Shown here piece by piece: positions 31,150 to 41,440 of a stretch of DNA of 64,000 bases. The stretch is from positions 1 through 64,000 of the forward strand of contig CBDEUS010000001.1 in assembly GCA_965243395.1 (NCBI GenBank). The letters run 5' to 3'. How positions within the stretch are numbered: the first letter of the stretch is position 1; each line of letters begins with the position of its first letter. Origin of the DNA: Gammaproteobacteria bacterium (GTDB lineage Bacteria; Pseudomonadota; Gammaproteobacteria; UBA4575). The translations under genes and the position numbers were made by a program. The notes beneath the pieces are model-generated. The model saw only the letters and a list, made by a program, of their open reading frames with translations, was not told the DNA's origin and did not search any database.

Positions 31150-31179
31150 ACATAGTAGCTCACGTTCGAAAGCAAATAT

Positions 31180-31857
31180 TTATCTTAATAATTTAACTAT
31201 AAAATTTACGATTGGCGAATCACTTTTTATAGCTTCATTATTTGCAACTGCAAAAATTGGCACATTCAACAAGCTTTGTAAATCCTCTTGGTTGTTCATC
31301 GCTTTATCATGAGGTGCATTTCTATTATTTAAGACAATTGCGTTAAGTGTTAAACCTCTTTGCTGAATTGCTTCCACTGTTAATAATATATGGTTAATGC
31401 ATCCTAGCTGATCGTTTGCGACAAGTAATACAGGGAGTCGTAATGTTTCTGCAAGATCTGCATTTAAGCCATTTTCACAAAGCGGCGAATAAAAACCTCC
31501 GGCACCTTCTACTACAAGAAAATTTTCTTCATTTACGTTAGCAAGGCAAGCTTGTTTAGTTTCTTGAACACTAATGGGCTTGTTCACAAGGCGTGCAGCA
31601 CGTTGTGGTGAAATCGCCGGCTCAAAACGAAAAGGACAAATTTCTGTTAGCGGATATTTTTTCTGAATCGCTTCATAGTATTTATTTGCATCATCAGGAT
31701 GTAATGATCCATCTACACACTCACAACCCGATTCAATGGGCTTGCGTGGCACGACATCGAGTTCCAGATCATGCAATCGCGCAACAATTTGCGCGCCAAT
31801 GTAGGTTTTACCCACGTCGGTATCAGTGCCGGTAATAAATAATCCTTTGTTTATCAC
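31180..31857 (-). CDS. bioD: Dethiobiotin synthase
   Basis: FITGTDTDVGKT, KPIESG, VEGAGG, LGCINH motifs. Confidence 0.97.
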   Translation of the reverse strand: MINKGLFITGTDTDVGKTYIGAQIVARLHDLELDVVPRKPIESGCECVDGSLHPDDANKYYEAIQKKYPLTEICPFRFEPAISPQRAARLVNKPISVQETKQACLANVNEENFLVVEGAGGFYSPLCENGLNADLAETLRLPVLLVANDQLGCINHILLTVEAIQQRGLTLNAIVLNNRNAPHDKAMNNQEDLQSLLNVPIFAVANNEAIKSDSPIVNFIVKLLR

Positions 31858-31895
31858 TTTTTTATTTATACAAAAATCAGTTACTTATATTTAAT

Positions 31896-31940
31896 TTGAC
31901 AAGCATACCGCTTGGTATGTATAACATACCGATCGGTATG
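31896..31940 (+). promoter_or_regulatory. Sigma70-like promoter overlapped by two palindromic TetR-type operators
   Basis: TTGACA at 31896 and TATAAC at 31920. Palindromes CATACCGCTTGGTATG (31904-31919) and CATACCGATCGGTATG (31925-31940) lie directly upstream of the TetR gene. Confidence 0.8.
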
Positions 31941-31962
31941 ATACACAAAAAACAGAATAACC

Positions 31963-32577
31963 ATGCCTTCAACAGCTAAGAATACTGAACAAGAACTCGA
32001 TACACGGCAAGTCATTTTAGAAGCGGCCTATGAAGAAATTCACGTGCGTGGATTTCAAGCTGCGAGTTTGTCAAAAATTTTATCTTCTACGAATGTTACT
32101 AAAGGCGCGTTGTATCACTACTTTCCTACCAAATTAGCACTTGGTTATGCGGTAGTCGATGAAATTCTTGCCGATCATATTCAACAACAATGGGTGCAAC
32201 CGCTGCTTCAAGCGGAAGATGCTATTGATGTATTTAAAAATATCATTATGCAATTAGGTGGAGAAATTACAGAAGAAGACATTCAATGTGGTTGCCCTTT
32301 AAATAATCTTGCACAAGAAATGGCACCGATTGATGAAGGTTTTCGTTCGCGTGTCGAAGCTGTTTATCATGCTTGGCGTAAAGGAATTGAAAAAGCACTT
32401 GTTAAAGGTCAAGAAAATGGTTTTGTTAGCAAAGATGTAAATGTTACAAGTGCAGCTATGATGGTTGTGGCCAGTCTAGAAGGTTGTATGGGTCTAGCAA
32501 AAAATGCACAAAGTAAAAAAGTGTTGCTTCAATGCGGGCAAAGTGTAATGGATTATCTTGAAAGTTTAAGACCATAG
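31963..32577 (+). CDS. TetR/AcrR family transcriptional regulator
   Basis: N-terminal HTH TRQVILEAA...VTKGALYHYFPTK; GCPLNNLAQE. Confidence 0.95.
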   Translation: MPSTAKNTEQELDTRQVILEAAYEEIHVRGFQAASLSKILSSTNVTKGALYHYFPTKLALGYAVVDEILADHIQQQWVQPLLQAEDAIDVFKNIIMQLGGEITEEDIQCGCPLNNLAQEMAPIDEGFRSRVEAVYHAWRKGIEKALVKGQENGFVSKDVNVTSAAMMVVASLEGCMGLAKNAQSKKVLLQCGQSVMDYLESLRP

Positions 32578-32585
32578 GAAAGATT

Positions 32586-34925
32586 ATGCTAAGTAAATAT
32601 TCAGATTTTATTCTTCGCTGGCGTTATCTAGTAGTGCTCGTAAGTTTAGTATGTGCATTTGCATTAGCTTCGGGTGGTAAGAATTTAGTTTTCACGAACG
32701 ATTATCGGTATTTTTTTAGTGAAGATAACCCTCAGTTACTAGAATTCGAAACATTACAAGATACTTATACAAAAAATGATAATGTTTTTATTATGCTAGA
32801 GCCTAAGGATGGTAATGTATTTAATAAACCGTTTTTAGCAGCATTAAAAGAACTTACAGAAAGTTCTTGGCAGGTCCCTCATTCTATTCGTGTAGATTCA
32901 ATTACTAATTTTCAACATACCTACGCAGAGGGAGATGATCTAATCGTAATAGATTTAGTTGACGATGTAGAAAATTTGTCAGCAAGTGAGATTAATTACA
33001 TTCAAAACGTTGCTATAAGTGAACCCTTATTAGTACATCGATTAGTGTCTGCAACCTCTCAAGCCGCTGCAATAAATATTACCATTGAACTGCCAGGTAA
33101 AAATGAGATAACAGAAGGACCTGAAGTCGTTAACTTTACCAGAGATATGGTAAAAGCCTTTGAGCAAGCGCATCCAGAAATTGATGTGTATACCACGGGC
33201 ATAGTAATAATGAATAATGCCTTTCCGGAAGCCAGCATAAACGATATGAAAAATCTCATACCGTTTGCCTTTGCTGCAGTTATTATTGGGCTATTCTTAT
33301 TTCTACGTAGTATCAGCGCAACGGTATCTACACTTATTGTAATCATTCTCTCCATTATGATGGGTATGGGTGCTGCTGGTTGGTTAGGTTTTAAGTTAAC
33401 CCCACCCTCTGCATCTGCTCCAACCATGATTCTTACTCTGGCGGTGGCTGATTGTGTGCACTTTTTAACAACATTTCTAAAATCCATGCGTGCTGGCCTA
33501 GATAAATTTGCAGCGATTAAAGAGTCATTAAGAATTAATTTTAATCCTATATTTTTAACATCATTAACCACAGTAATTGGATTTTTAAGTTTAAATTTTA
33601 GTGATGTTCCTCCATTTCGTGATCTTGGCAATATCACGGCAATGGGTGTGACATTTGCTTTTGTGTTGTCTGTATTTTTCTTACCTGCTTTGGCTGCAAT
33701 ATTGCCGTTTAAAGTTAAAGTCGGTGTGGACAGAAAAACTAAATTAATGCAAGCGCTCGCAAATTATGTAATCGCAAAGCGCAAAGTTTTGCTTTGGGGG
33801 ATGGGTGCAGTAATTCTCGCATTTATTGCGATCATTCCGCGTAATGAAATTAATGATCGTTTTGTAGAATACTTCGATGAAACAATTGAGTTTCGTCTGC
33901 ATACAGACTATGTAACTGAAAAAATTACTGGTCTTTATAGTATTCAATATTCTTTAGAGGCAAACGATTCGGGTGGTATAAGTGAACCCGCTTTCTTGCA
34001 GAAGATGGACGACTTTACAGCATGGTTGCGTGATCAGCCGGAGGTAATGCATGTAAATACGGTTTCGGACACTTTCAAACGTTTAAATAAAAACATGCAT
34101 GCAGATGATGAGCAGTTTTATAAACTGCCAGATAATCGTGAGTTAGCTGCACAATACTTATTGTTGTATGAATTGTCCTTGCCTTATGGTCTGGATCTGA
34201 ATGATCAAATTAATATTGATAAATCCTCTACTCGAATATCCACTACTTTGCAAACATTAAGTACTGAGAAGATGTTAGATTTTGAGGCAAGATCAAGAAA
34301 TTGGATTAATGAAAACGCACCAAACATAGGAATGGTTGCCTCGGCGCCAGCAGTAATCTTTTCACACCTTGCGGTACGCAATATCGATAGCATGATTAAA
34401 GGCACATTGGTTGCATTAGCAGTTATTTCGCTAATTTTAATTTTTGCATTAAGGTCTTTTAAATTAGGTTTATTAAGTTTAATTCCAAATCTCACACCGG
34501 TTGGTGTTGCATTTGGTATTTGGGCTATTTTTGATAGTGAAGTTGGGCTTGCGTTATCCATTGTTGCCGGTATGACATTAGGCATTGTCGTAGATGATAC
34601 CGTGCACTTTATGAGTAAGTATTTAAGAGCTAAAAGAGAAAAGGATAGCTCAGCTGTTGAAGCTGTCCGTTATGCCTTTGAAAATGTGGGTACTGCATTG
34701 TTAGTAACCACAATCGTATTAGCAGCGGGATTTTTAGTTTTATCTTTGTCAGCTTTTGAGTTGAATTCTGCAATGGGTTTGTTAACCGCTATTACCATTG
34801 TCATTGCATTAATTATTGATTTCTTATTTTTACCACCATTATTGATAGCGTTAGAAGGTGGCGGTCATGAAAAGGAGAACCGTGATGAACAAGAGTTGGA
34901 ATCTGATCTCGCAACTGCTAGTTAG
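32586..34925 (+). CDS. MMPL/RND family transporter
   Basis: Two 6-TM halves with large periplasmic loops; AVADCVH and GIVVDDTVHF motifs. Confidence 0.92.
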   Translation: MLSKYSDFILRWRYLVVLVSLVCAFALASGGKNLVFTNDYRYFFSEDNPQLLEFETLQDTYTKNDNVFIMLEPKDGNVFNKPFLAALKELTESSWQVPHSIRVDSITNFQHTYAEGDDLIVIDLVDDVENLSASEINYIQNVAISEPLLVHRLVSATSQAAAINITIELPGKNEITEGPEVVNFTRDMVKAFEQAHPEIDVYTTGIVIMNNAFPEASINDMKNLIPFAFAAVIIGLFLFLRSISATVSTLIVIILSIMMGMGAAGWLGFKLTPPSASAPTMILTLAVADCVHFLTTFLKSMRAGLDKFAAIKESLRINFNPIFLTSLTTVIGFLSLNFSDVPPFRDLGNITAMGVTFAFVLSVFFLPALAAILPFKVKVGVDRKTKLMQALANYVIAKRKVLLWGMGAVILAFIAIIPRNEINDRFVEYFDETIEFRLHTDYVTEKITGLYSIQYSLEANDSGGISEPAFLQKMDDFTAWLRDQPEVMHVNTVSDTFKRLNKNMHADDEQFYKLPDNRELAAQYLLLYELSLPYGLDLNDQINIDKSSTRISTTLQTLSTEKMLDFEARSRNWINENAPNIGMVASAPAVIFSHLAVRNIDSMIKGTLVALAVISLILIFALRSFKLGLLSLIPNLTPVGVAFGIWAIFDSEVGLALSIVAGMTLGIVVDDTVHFMSKYLRAKREKDSSAVEAVRYAFENVGTALLVTTIVLAAGFLVLSLSAFELNSAMGLLTAITIVIALIIDFLFLPPLLIALEGGGHEKENRDEQELESDLATAS

Positions 34926-35685
34926 CCTTATTGTATTTAGTGCAAGCACATTTGCTTGGGCTGAAACACCTGAGGAGAAAGGGTTAGCGATTGCCATTGC
35001 AGCCGATGAACGAGATTTTGGTTTTGAAACAATCACCGCAGATATGGTGATGATTTTGCGCAATCGTAAAGGGCAGGAAAGCACACGTTATATACGTACT
35101 CGCACTTTAGAAGTAGAGGGGGATGGCGATAAAACCCTATCTATTTTTGATCGCCCTGCGGATGTAAAACATACTGCAGTGCTAACCTACAGTCATGGGT
35201 TAGAGCCGGATGATCAATGGTTATATCTGCCTGCACTGAAACGAGTAAAACGTATTAATTCAAGGAATAAATCTGGTCCGTTTGTGGGTAGTGAATTTGC
35301 CTTTGAAGATTTAGGCTCACAAGAGGTAGAAAAGTATTCTTATAAATATTTACGAGATGAAGCTTGTGGTGAATGGGATTGTTACGTAATCGAACGATAT
35401 CCTGAATATGAATACTCCGGCTACACACGCCAGGTGGGATGGATTGACAAGGCCGAGTACCGTCCTGTAAAAATTGAATTTTATGATCGTAAAGATGTGT
35501 TACTTAAAACACTTACTTATAGCGGTTATCAAGAGTACATCGACTATTACTGGCGTCCAGATGAAATGTTTATGGAAAATCATCAAACTGGTAAGACAAC
35601 TACATTAAAATGGTCTAACTACAAATTCAAAACAGAAGTAGCTGAGCGTGATTTCAATCCTAATGCATTACCTCGTTTGCGTTAA
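34885..35685 (+). CDS. Outer-membrane lipoprotein-sorting (LolA-like) protein
   Basis: Signal peptide; DDQWLYLPALKRVKRI and FVGSEFAFEDL motifs. ATG at 34885 follows AAGGAG. Confidence 0.85.
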   Translation: MNKSWNLISQLLVSLIVFSASTFAWAETPEEKGLAIAIAADERDFGFETITADMVMILRNRKGQESTRYIRTRTLEVEGDGDKTLSIFDRPADVKHTAVLTYSHGLEPDDQWLYLPALKRVKRINSRNKSGPFVGSEFAFEDLGSQEVEKYSYKYLRDEACGEWDCYVIERYPEYEYSGYTRQVGWIDKAEYRPVKIEFYDRKDVLLKTLTYSGYQEYIDYYWRPDEMFMENHQTGKTTTLKWSNYKFKTEVAERDFNPNALPRLR

Positions 35686-35706
35686 AAACTAACGTAAAAA
35701 TTAAAA

Positions 35707-36930
35707 ATGTTTCTGGCATTAAAAACTGTCCTACATGTGTTTCTGTGGGGCATTGTTTTTTTATCATTATATATACAAGTTGTTTCAGCAGAAGAATCGA
35801 GTGGTTACTGGTCTGGTTATATTTCTGGACAGGCTCGAGGATTTTGGCAAAGTTCGCAATTCAGCGATCAACGTGACGGGGATATTTCTTTCGCAACCGA
35901 GCCAGAGTATTACAAAGATTGGAATAATGGCTTACGCGCAATAACTTTTAAACCTTTTGTACGTATCGATTCCACTGATCCAGAACGTACCCACGCCGAT
36001 ATAAGAGAAGCACATTATTTACATGTAGTGGGTGATTGGGAATGGCGTGTCGGTATCGCCAAAGTGTTTTGGGGAGTAACCGAATCTCAACATCTGGTTG
36101 ATATCATTAATCAAACAGATTTAGTTGAAAATATAGATACCGAAGACAAGCTTGGGCAACCAATGATTGAGACTACTTGGTTGCAAGATTGGGGCGCATT
36201 ACAGTTTTATATTCTACCGGGTTTTCGCGAACGAACATTTCCGGGTCGGCATGGGCGTTTGCGCACAGGCTTAGTGGTGGATACTGATAAAGAAGAATAT
36301 GAATCTGGCGCAGAAGAATATCATGTCGATTGGGCAGTGCGTTTGAAAACTCAATTTGGGCCTATCGATTTAGGACTATCACACTTTAATGGCACATCGC
36401 GTACTCCAGAATTACGCCCTACTGTAAATTCAAGTGGTGATTTAGAACTGATCCCATTTTACGGTTTAATTGATCAAACAGGCTTAGACTTGCAAGCAAT
36501 AATCGGCAATTGGACATGGAAGTTAGAATCTATTTTGCAGACTAAAAAAGGCCGTGACTTCACAGCAGCCGTAGGTGGATTTGAATATACGTTTTATGGT
36601 GTTTCTGAAAGTGGTGCGGATTTAGGTGTGTTGTCTGAATATCATTATGATGATCGCAAGCAAGATGCTGCTACTCCGTTTCAGGATGACCTATTTTTAG
36701 GTGCGCGTTATGTATTTAATGACGCGCAAGATACAGAAATTTTAGCGGGTGGCTTATATGATTTCGATTTTAGCAGTAAAAGTTTTCGTGTAGAGCTGCA
36801 GCGTAGATTTAGTGATAGTTGGAAACTTGAAAGCGAATTGCAATTGTTCAGCAATGTTGCAAATGAAGATCCGCAACGTGATTTTCATCGCGATGATTAT
36901 TTTCAAGTAGATCTTGCATATTATTTTTAA
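35707..36930 (+). CDS. Outer-membrane beta-barrel protein associated with the MMPL/LolA-like cluster
   Basis: Signal peptide, amphipathic strands, terminal AYYF. Confidence 0.8.
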   Translation: MFLALKTVLHVFLWGIVFLSLYIQVVSAEESSGYWSGYISGQARGFWQSSQFSDQRDGDISFATEPEYYKDWNNGLRAITFKPFVRIDSTDPERTHADIREAHYLHVVGDWEWRVGIAKVFWGVTESQHLVDIINQTDLVENIDTEDKLGQPMIETTWLQDWGALQFYILPGFRERTFPGRHGRLRTGLVVDTDKEEYESGAEEYHVDWAVRLKTQFGPIDLGLSHFNGTSRTPELRPTVNSSGDLELIPFYGLIDQTGLDLQAIIGNWTWKLESILQTKKGRDFTAAVGGFEYTFYGVSESGADLGVLSEYHYDDRKQDAATPFQDDLFLGARYVFNDAQDTEILAGGLYDFDFSSKSFRVELQRRFSDSWKLESELQLFSNVANEDPQRDFHRDDYFQVDLAYYF

Positions 36931-37013
36931 TAAGTATGGCAAGTAAGGAACAGCTTGAGAAAAATAAGTTAAATGCTAACGCATTAAGAATCAGCAAATA
37001 ACAACACAATGTT

Positions 37014-37898
37014 CTAAATTTTTTCGCCGGTTAGTATTTCACAGGCTTCTAAATATTTCTTACTAGTATTGTCAATAATTTCTTGAGGGAGTTTTGGTCC
37101 GGGAGCTTTTTTATTCCAGTCTAAGGTTTCCAAATAGTCACGTACGTATTGCTTGTCAAAACTTCTCGGACTTTGCCCTACCTTGTAAGAATCTAAAGGC
37201 CAAAAACGAGATGAGTCAGGAGTGAGTGCCTCATCAATTAGAACAATTTCCTGATTTTCATCTAATCCAAATTCAAATTTGGTATCGGCAATTATAATTC
37301 CACGCTCTAATGCAAATTGAGCCGCTTCAGAATATATTTGTAAGCTTAAATCTCTAACTTTTTCGGCAATATCTTTTCCTACCAAATTAATAATTTCATC
37401 AAAACTTACGTTAATATCATGATCTCCCACAGCAGCTTTTGTGGAAGGAGTAAATATTGCAGTATTCAGTTGTTGGGCTTGTTGTAAATTTTCAGGTAGC
37501 TTTACACCACAAATAGCTCCAGTATTTTGATATTCCTTCCAACCAGAACCAATCACATAACCTCGTACAATAGCTTCAAAAGGTAGTGCTTTTAATTTTC
37601 TTGCAATGACGCTTCTGTCTCTAAGTACGTTTAATTCTTGCTCGTCTTTAATTATATCTTCGAGAGGTATGTCGCTTAGATGATTCTTAACTTGTTTAGA
37701 GAAATGATCGAACCAGAAATTGGAAACCTTAGTAAGCACGATGCCTTTTTTTGGAATCGGGTCGGGTAAAATCACATCGAAAGCAGATAAACGATCACTC
37801 GTAACGATAAGCCAGTGCTCACTATCGACTTGGTAAATATCGCGTACTTTGCCTTGATAGACCTTTTTCAGGCTTTTTAGGTTAGATTCGAATAACAT
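37014..37898 (-). CDS. purC: SAICAR synthetase
   Basis: GKVRDIY, SDRLSAFD, DTKFEFG, TPDSSRFW motifs. Confidence 0.98.
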   Translation of the reverse strand: MLFESNLKSLKKVYQGKVRDIYQVDSEHWLIVTSDRLSAFDVILPDPIPKKGIVLTKVSNFWFDHFSKQVKNHLSDIPLEDIIKDEQELNVLRDRSVIARKLKALPFEAIVRGYVIGSGWKEYQNTGAICGVKLPENLQQAQQLNTAIFTPSTKAAVGDHDINVSFDEIINLVGKDIAEKVRDLSLQIYSEAAQFALERGIIIADTKFEFGLDENQEIVLIDEALTPDSSRFWPLDSYKVGQSPRSFDKQYVRDYLETLDWNKKAPGPKLPQEIIDNTSKKYLEACEILTGEKI

Positions 37899-38014
37899 AT
37901 TGGTATATTTAGTCGTTAAATTGCCTTTTTATTCTGGTTTTCCGCTGGTTTTATTAGGCCGTCTCAGCGAAAATGCCCGATTAATTTTTTGTCTACAGAA
38001 TCAGAGGAATTACA

Positions 38015-38503
38015 ATGGCCGATCCACAAGTGAGTCTCATCATGGGTAGTGATAGCGACTGGCCTGTAATGCGTGCTGCTGCAGAGGTGCTTGCTCAATT
38101 TAATATATTGTACGAGAAGCGCGTGGTATCTGCTCATCGAACCCCTAAATTAATGGCAGAATTTTCCGAGGATGCTGCATCTCGGGGTATCCAATGTATT
38201 ATCGCAGGCGCGGGAGGTGCAGCGCATCTACCCGGTATGGTAGCTGCTAATACTACTGTGCCTGTACTGGGTGTTCCCGTACCAAGTAAACATTTGTCTG
38301 GGCAAGATTCTTTATACTCGATTGTTCAAATGCCCAAAGGAGTCCCGGTGGCAACTTTTGCTATTGGTGAAGCGGGTGCCGCCAACGCAGGATTATTTGC
38401 AGTGGCATTGTTAGCGAACAATGATTCTGCTTTAAAAACAAAATTGGATGAATTTCGTGCGACTCAATCTGAAAAAGTTCTCAGCGCTAAACTTCCTGAT
38501 TAA
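38015..38503 (+). CDS. purE: N5-CAIR mutase
   Basis: [24 protein letters not shown] motifs. Confidence 0.98.
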   Translation: MADPQVSLIMGSDSDWPVMRAAAEVLAQFNILYEKRVVSAHRTPKLMAEFSEDAASRGIQCIIAGAGGAAHLPGMVAANTTVPVLGVPVPSKHLSGQDSLYSIVQMPKGVPVATFAIGEAGAANAGLFAVALLANNDSALKTKLDEFRATQSEKVLSAKLPD

Positions 38504-38514
38504 TATTTGATTCT

Positions 38515-39651
38515 ATGATTTTACCGGGCGCATCGCTTGGCATGTTGGGCGGCGGCCAATTGGGCCGAATGTTCGTGCATGCGGCTACAGCAATGGGATA
38601 TCGCGTGATAGTGCTGGATCCAAACTCCTCTAGCCCCGCAGGAGAAATCGCTCATTTGCATCTGCAGGCAAATTACGATGATGCACATTCATTAAAAGCA
38701 CTCACGCAAGAATGTGCAGTGATTACCACTGAGTTTGAGAATGTTCCGGCCGAAGTATTTGCTCATTTAGAAAAAACATGTCGCGTTTCACCTAACGCAC
38801 GTGCACTTGAACTTGCGCAAGATCGAATCAAGGAAAAACAATTTGCACAATCATTGGATATACCACCTACACCTTTTCATGTTGTGAGTAGTGAGCAAGA
38901 CATTGAGCAAGCGTTTAACTCGCTAAGTGCGCCATTAATATTAAAAACAACACGCTTGGGTTATGACGGTAAGGGTCAGGCTACTGTGAATTCGGCGCAA
39001 GAATGCATAGCGCAGTGGAATGAGTTAGGAAAAGTTGATTGTGTATTAGAACAAAAAATTAATTTAGCTAGCGAAATCTCTGTAATATTAGCGCGCTCGT
39101 TCAGTAAAAAATTAAGATTTTTTCCGATTGCAGAAAATGTGCATAAAGATGGCATTTTATTTACAAGTACCGTACCCGCTAATATAAATGAAGAAACTCA
39201 ATCTCTAGCAAAGTCTCATGTGCAAAAAATTGCTGAAGAATTAGATTACTGTGGCATTTTGGCTGTTGAGTTTTTCATTAGTGAAGAGGGTGATTTATTT
39301 TTTAATGAAATGGCACCGCGCACCCATAACAGTGGGCACTATTCGATGGACGCATGTTATACATCGCAATTTGAGCAACAAGTGAGAGCAATTTGCGATT
39401 TACCCATGGGTAATACAGATGCACACAGCGCAGTTACCATGGTAAATGTGCTAGGTGATCTTTGGGGGCATAATAATCAAAACCAGCCCGATTGGTCGCG
39501 CATCTTATCTGATAATGTAAAATTACATTTATACGGCAAACATCAAGCTCGTGCAGGAAGAAAGATGGGGCACTTTAATTATCTTGCTTCAAAAGGAGAA
39601 AATACTTTAGCTGCTGCCAAAAAGTGTTTTCTAAAACTCTCAACTGAATAG
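38515..39651 (+). CDS. purK: N5-CAIR synthase
   Basis: GGGQLGRM, GYDGKGQ, NEMAPRTHNSGH, GRKMGH motifs. Confidence 0.98.
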   Translation: MILPGASLGMLGGGQLGRMFVHAATAMGYRVIVLDPNSSSPAGEIAHLHLQANYDDAHSLKALTQECAVITTEFENVPAEVFAHLEKTCRVSPNARALELAQDRIKEKQFAQSLDIPPTPFHVVSSEQDIEQAFNSLSAPLILKTTRLGYDGKGQATVNSAQECIAQWNELGKVDCVLEQKINLASEISVILARSFSKKLRFFPIAENVHKDGILFTSTVPANINEETQSLAKSHVQKIAEELDYCGILAVEFFISEEGDLFFNEMAPRTHNSGHYSMDACYTSQFEQQVRAICDLPMGNTDAHSAVTMVNVLGDLWGHNNQNQPDWSRILSDNVKLHLYGKHQARAGRKMGHFNYLASKGENTLAAAKKCFLKLSTE

Positions 39652-39662
39652 TTTTTTTCGCA

Positions 39663-40658
39663 ATGAAAAAATTTTCTGCTTTTCGAATCCATTCAAACAG
39701 TGAAGGTACACAAGCAGGAATTGAGCAACTCAGTATTGATGATCTTTGCGAAGGTGATGTTGTTATCAAGGTAAAGTATTCAAGCGTAAATTATAAAGAT
39801 GCACTTGCGGGTTCTGGTAGAGCGCAAATTCTTCGACGTTCACCATTAGTGGGAGGTATAGATCTAGCTGGTGAAGTTGTTGAATCTACAAGTGGTGAAT
39901 TTGTTCCGGGTGATCAGGTCTTAGTAAATGGTAGCGGTTTAAGTGAAACACACGATGGGGGCTATGCAGAATTTGCTCGCGTTCCCACAGATTGGGTTGT
40001 GCCTTTACCAAAGGGATTAAGTTTAAGCCAGACTATGATTATTGGTACGGCGGGTTTTACAGCCGCATTATGTGTGCACTTGCTAGAACAGAATAATCAA
40101 AAAGTAGAAGATGGCCCGATTGTTGTTACAGGAGCAAGTGGTGGCGTTGGTAGTTTTGCGATCAATATATTACATAAGCTAGGCTTTGAAACCATCGCAG
40201 TGTCAGGCAAAAAAAATTCGTTTGACTACTTATATGAATTAGGGGCTACTAAAGTAGTAGGTCGTGAAAAAATCAAAATAGGAGATGGTGTATTAGAAAA
40301 AACACGTTGGGCTGGCGCTATTGATAACGTCGGTGGAGAAACATTAAGTGCATTGGTGCGTGCGACCAAGCCATGGGGAAATGTGGTCAGTGTTGGCATT
40401 GCGGGTGGAGTAAAATTTGAGCTTTCAACCATGCCATTTATTATTCGAGGCGTGAACTTATTAGGTGTAAGTTCATCTAATTGTCCACAAACACTTAGAA
40501 AAGTAATTTGGAATCGTCTTGGCGATGATTTGCACCCTGATCAAATAGCTAAGATACATTCTGAAACAGTTAAGTTAGAAGATTTACCGCAGATATTCGA
40601 AAAATTACTTAATAATGAAATTCAAGGCAGAACGCTTGTGGAGGTAAGTAATGATTAG
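39663..40658 (+). CDS. YhdH/AcuI family MDR oxidoreductase (acryloyl-CoA reductase-like)
   Basis: YSSVNYKDALA, GTAGFTAAL, VTGASGGVGS, PFIIRGVNLLGV motifs. Confidence 0.9.
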   Translation: MKKFSAFRIHSNSEGTQAGIEQLSIDDLCEGDVVIKVKYSSVNYKDALAGSGRAQILRRSPLVGGIDLAGEVVESTSGEFVPGDQVLVNGSGLSETHDGGYAEFARVPTDWVVPLPKGLSLSQTMIIGTAGFTAALCVHLLEQNNQKVEDGPIVVTGASGGVGSFAINILHKLGFETIAVSGKKNSFDYLYELGATKVVGREKIKIGDGVLEKTRWAGAIDNVGGETLSALVRATKPWGNVVSVGIAGGVKFELSTMPFIIRGVNLLGVSSSNCPQTLRKVIWNRLGDDLHPDQIAKIHSETVKLEDLPQIFEKLLNNEIQGRTLVEVSND

Positions 40659-41205
40659 AAGGTTTTTTATGAAAAATACTTATACAGTTTTAATTTTTAC
40701 TTTTGCGCTTCTCGCGAGTGCGATGGTTTATGCGGCAAAAGTGAACCCTCCTGCGCAAATGCCTGAGTTTACCCAAATGGATCAAGCTGCATGGATCAAT
40801 TCAAAACCTTTGGCAGTAAGTGATCTGCGTGGCAAGGTAGTTTTAATTGACGTATGGACTTATGGTTGTTGGAATTGCTACAACTCATTTCCCTGGTTAA
40901 GAAGTGTTGAAGAAAAATTTGCAGATCAAGATTTCACAGTGATCGGTATTCATACACCAGAGTTTGAGCATGAGAAAAAACGTGAAAATATTGTTAAAAA
41001 AGTAGAAGAATTTATGCTGCATCACCCTGTGATGATTGACAACGATTTTGCCTACTGGCGTGCCTTGCGAAATAAATATTGGCCTGCATACTACATAGTT
41101 GATAAGCAAGGCAACATTCGTAAAGGGTTTATTGGCGAAACTCACCAAGGAGATCGCAGAGCAAAAAAGATTGAAAACTTAATTGCTAAATTGCTGAAAG
41201 AATAA
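40651..41205 (+). CDS. Exported redoxin (DipZ/TlpA-like thioredoxin); start may be 40669
   Basis: WTYGCWNC, GIHTPEF, YWPAYY motifs; signal peptide. Confidence 0.9.
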   Translation: MIRRFFMKNTYTVLIFTFALLASAMVYAAKVNPPAQMPEFTQMDQAAWINSKPLAVSDLRGKVVLIDVWTYGCWNCYNSFPWLRSVEEKFADQDFTVIGIHTPEFEHEKKRENIVKKVEEFMLHHPVMIDNDFAYWRALRNKYWPAYYIVDKQGNIRKGFIGETHQGDRRAKKIENLIAKLLKE

Positions 41206-41440
41206 GATTTCCATCAGGCGTGATGCATCCGATTCAAGGTAAGTGAGCTAATATCAATAACAGCTTAGGAATTTCAATTCAGAGCTTCAAAATAACTGCT
41301 TATAGCCCAAAGCAGATATTAAATAATTACTAAACGTAATCGCCGACTAATAAAATAGTCTAATCTTCGTTCTACATACGTGCATTTAATGTAATGAATT
41401 GGAGTTTAGTTTACTAGACTCAATGTTTACAATTAGACAC

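Larger units (their letters stand above)
28674..31179 (+). mobile_element. Cassette-like array 1: 3 genes delimited by 28-bp palindromic sites at 28674, 29854, 30413, 30505 and 31152 (degenerate)
   Basis: Sites read ATGTCCGCTA-ACGACCAA-TAGCGGACAT, ATGACTGCTT-ACGACCCA-AAGCGGACAT, ATGACCGCTA-TTGGCCGA-AAGCGGGCAT, ATGATCACTA-CCGACCCA-TAGCCGCCCT and ATAGTAGCTC-ACGTTCGA-AAGCAAATAT. Confidence 0.75.

Noticed and set aside
34858-34884. ORF-track GTG start of the LolA-like gene
   Set aside because: The AAGGAG RBS supports ATG 34885 (or the adjacent GTG 34882).
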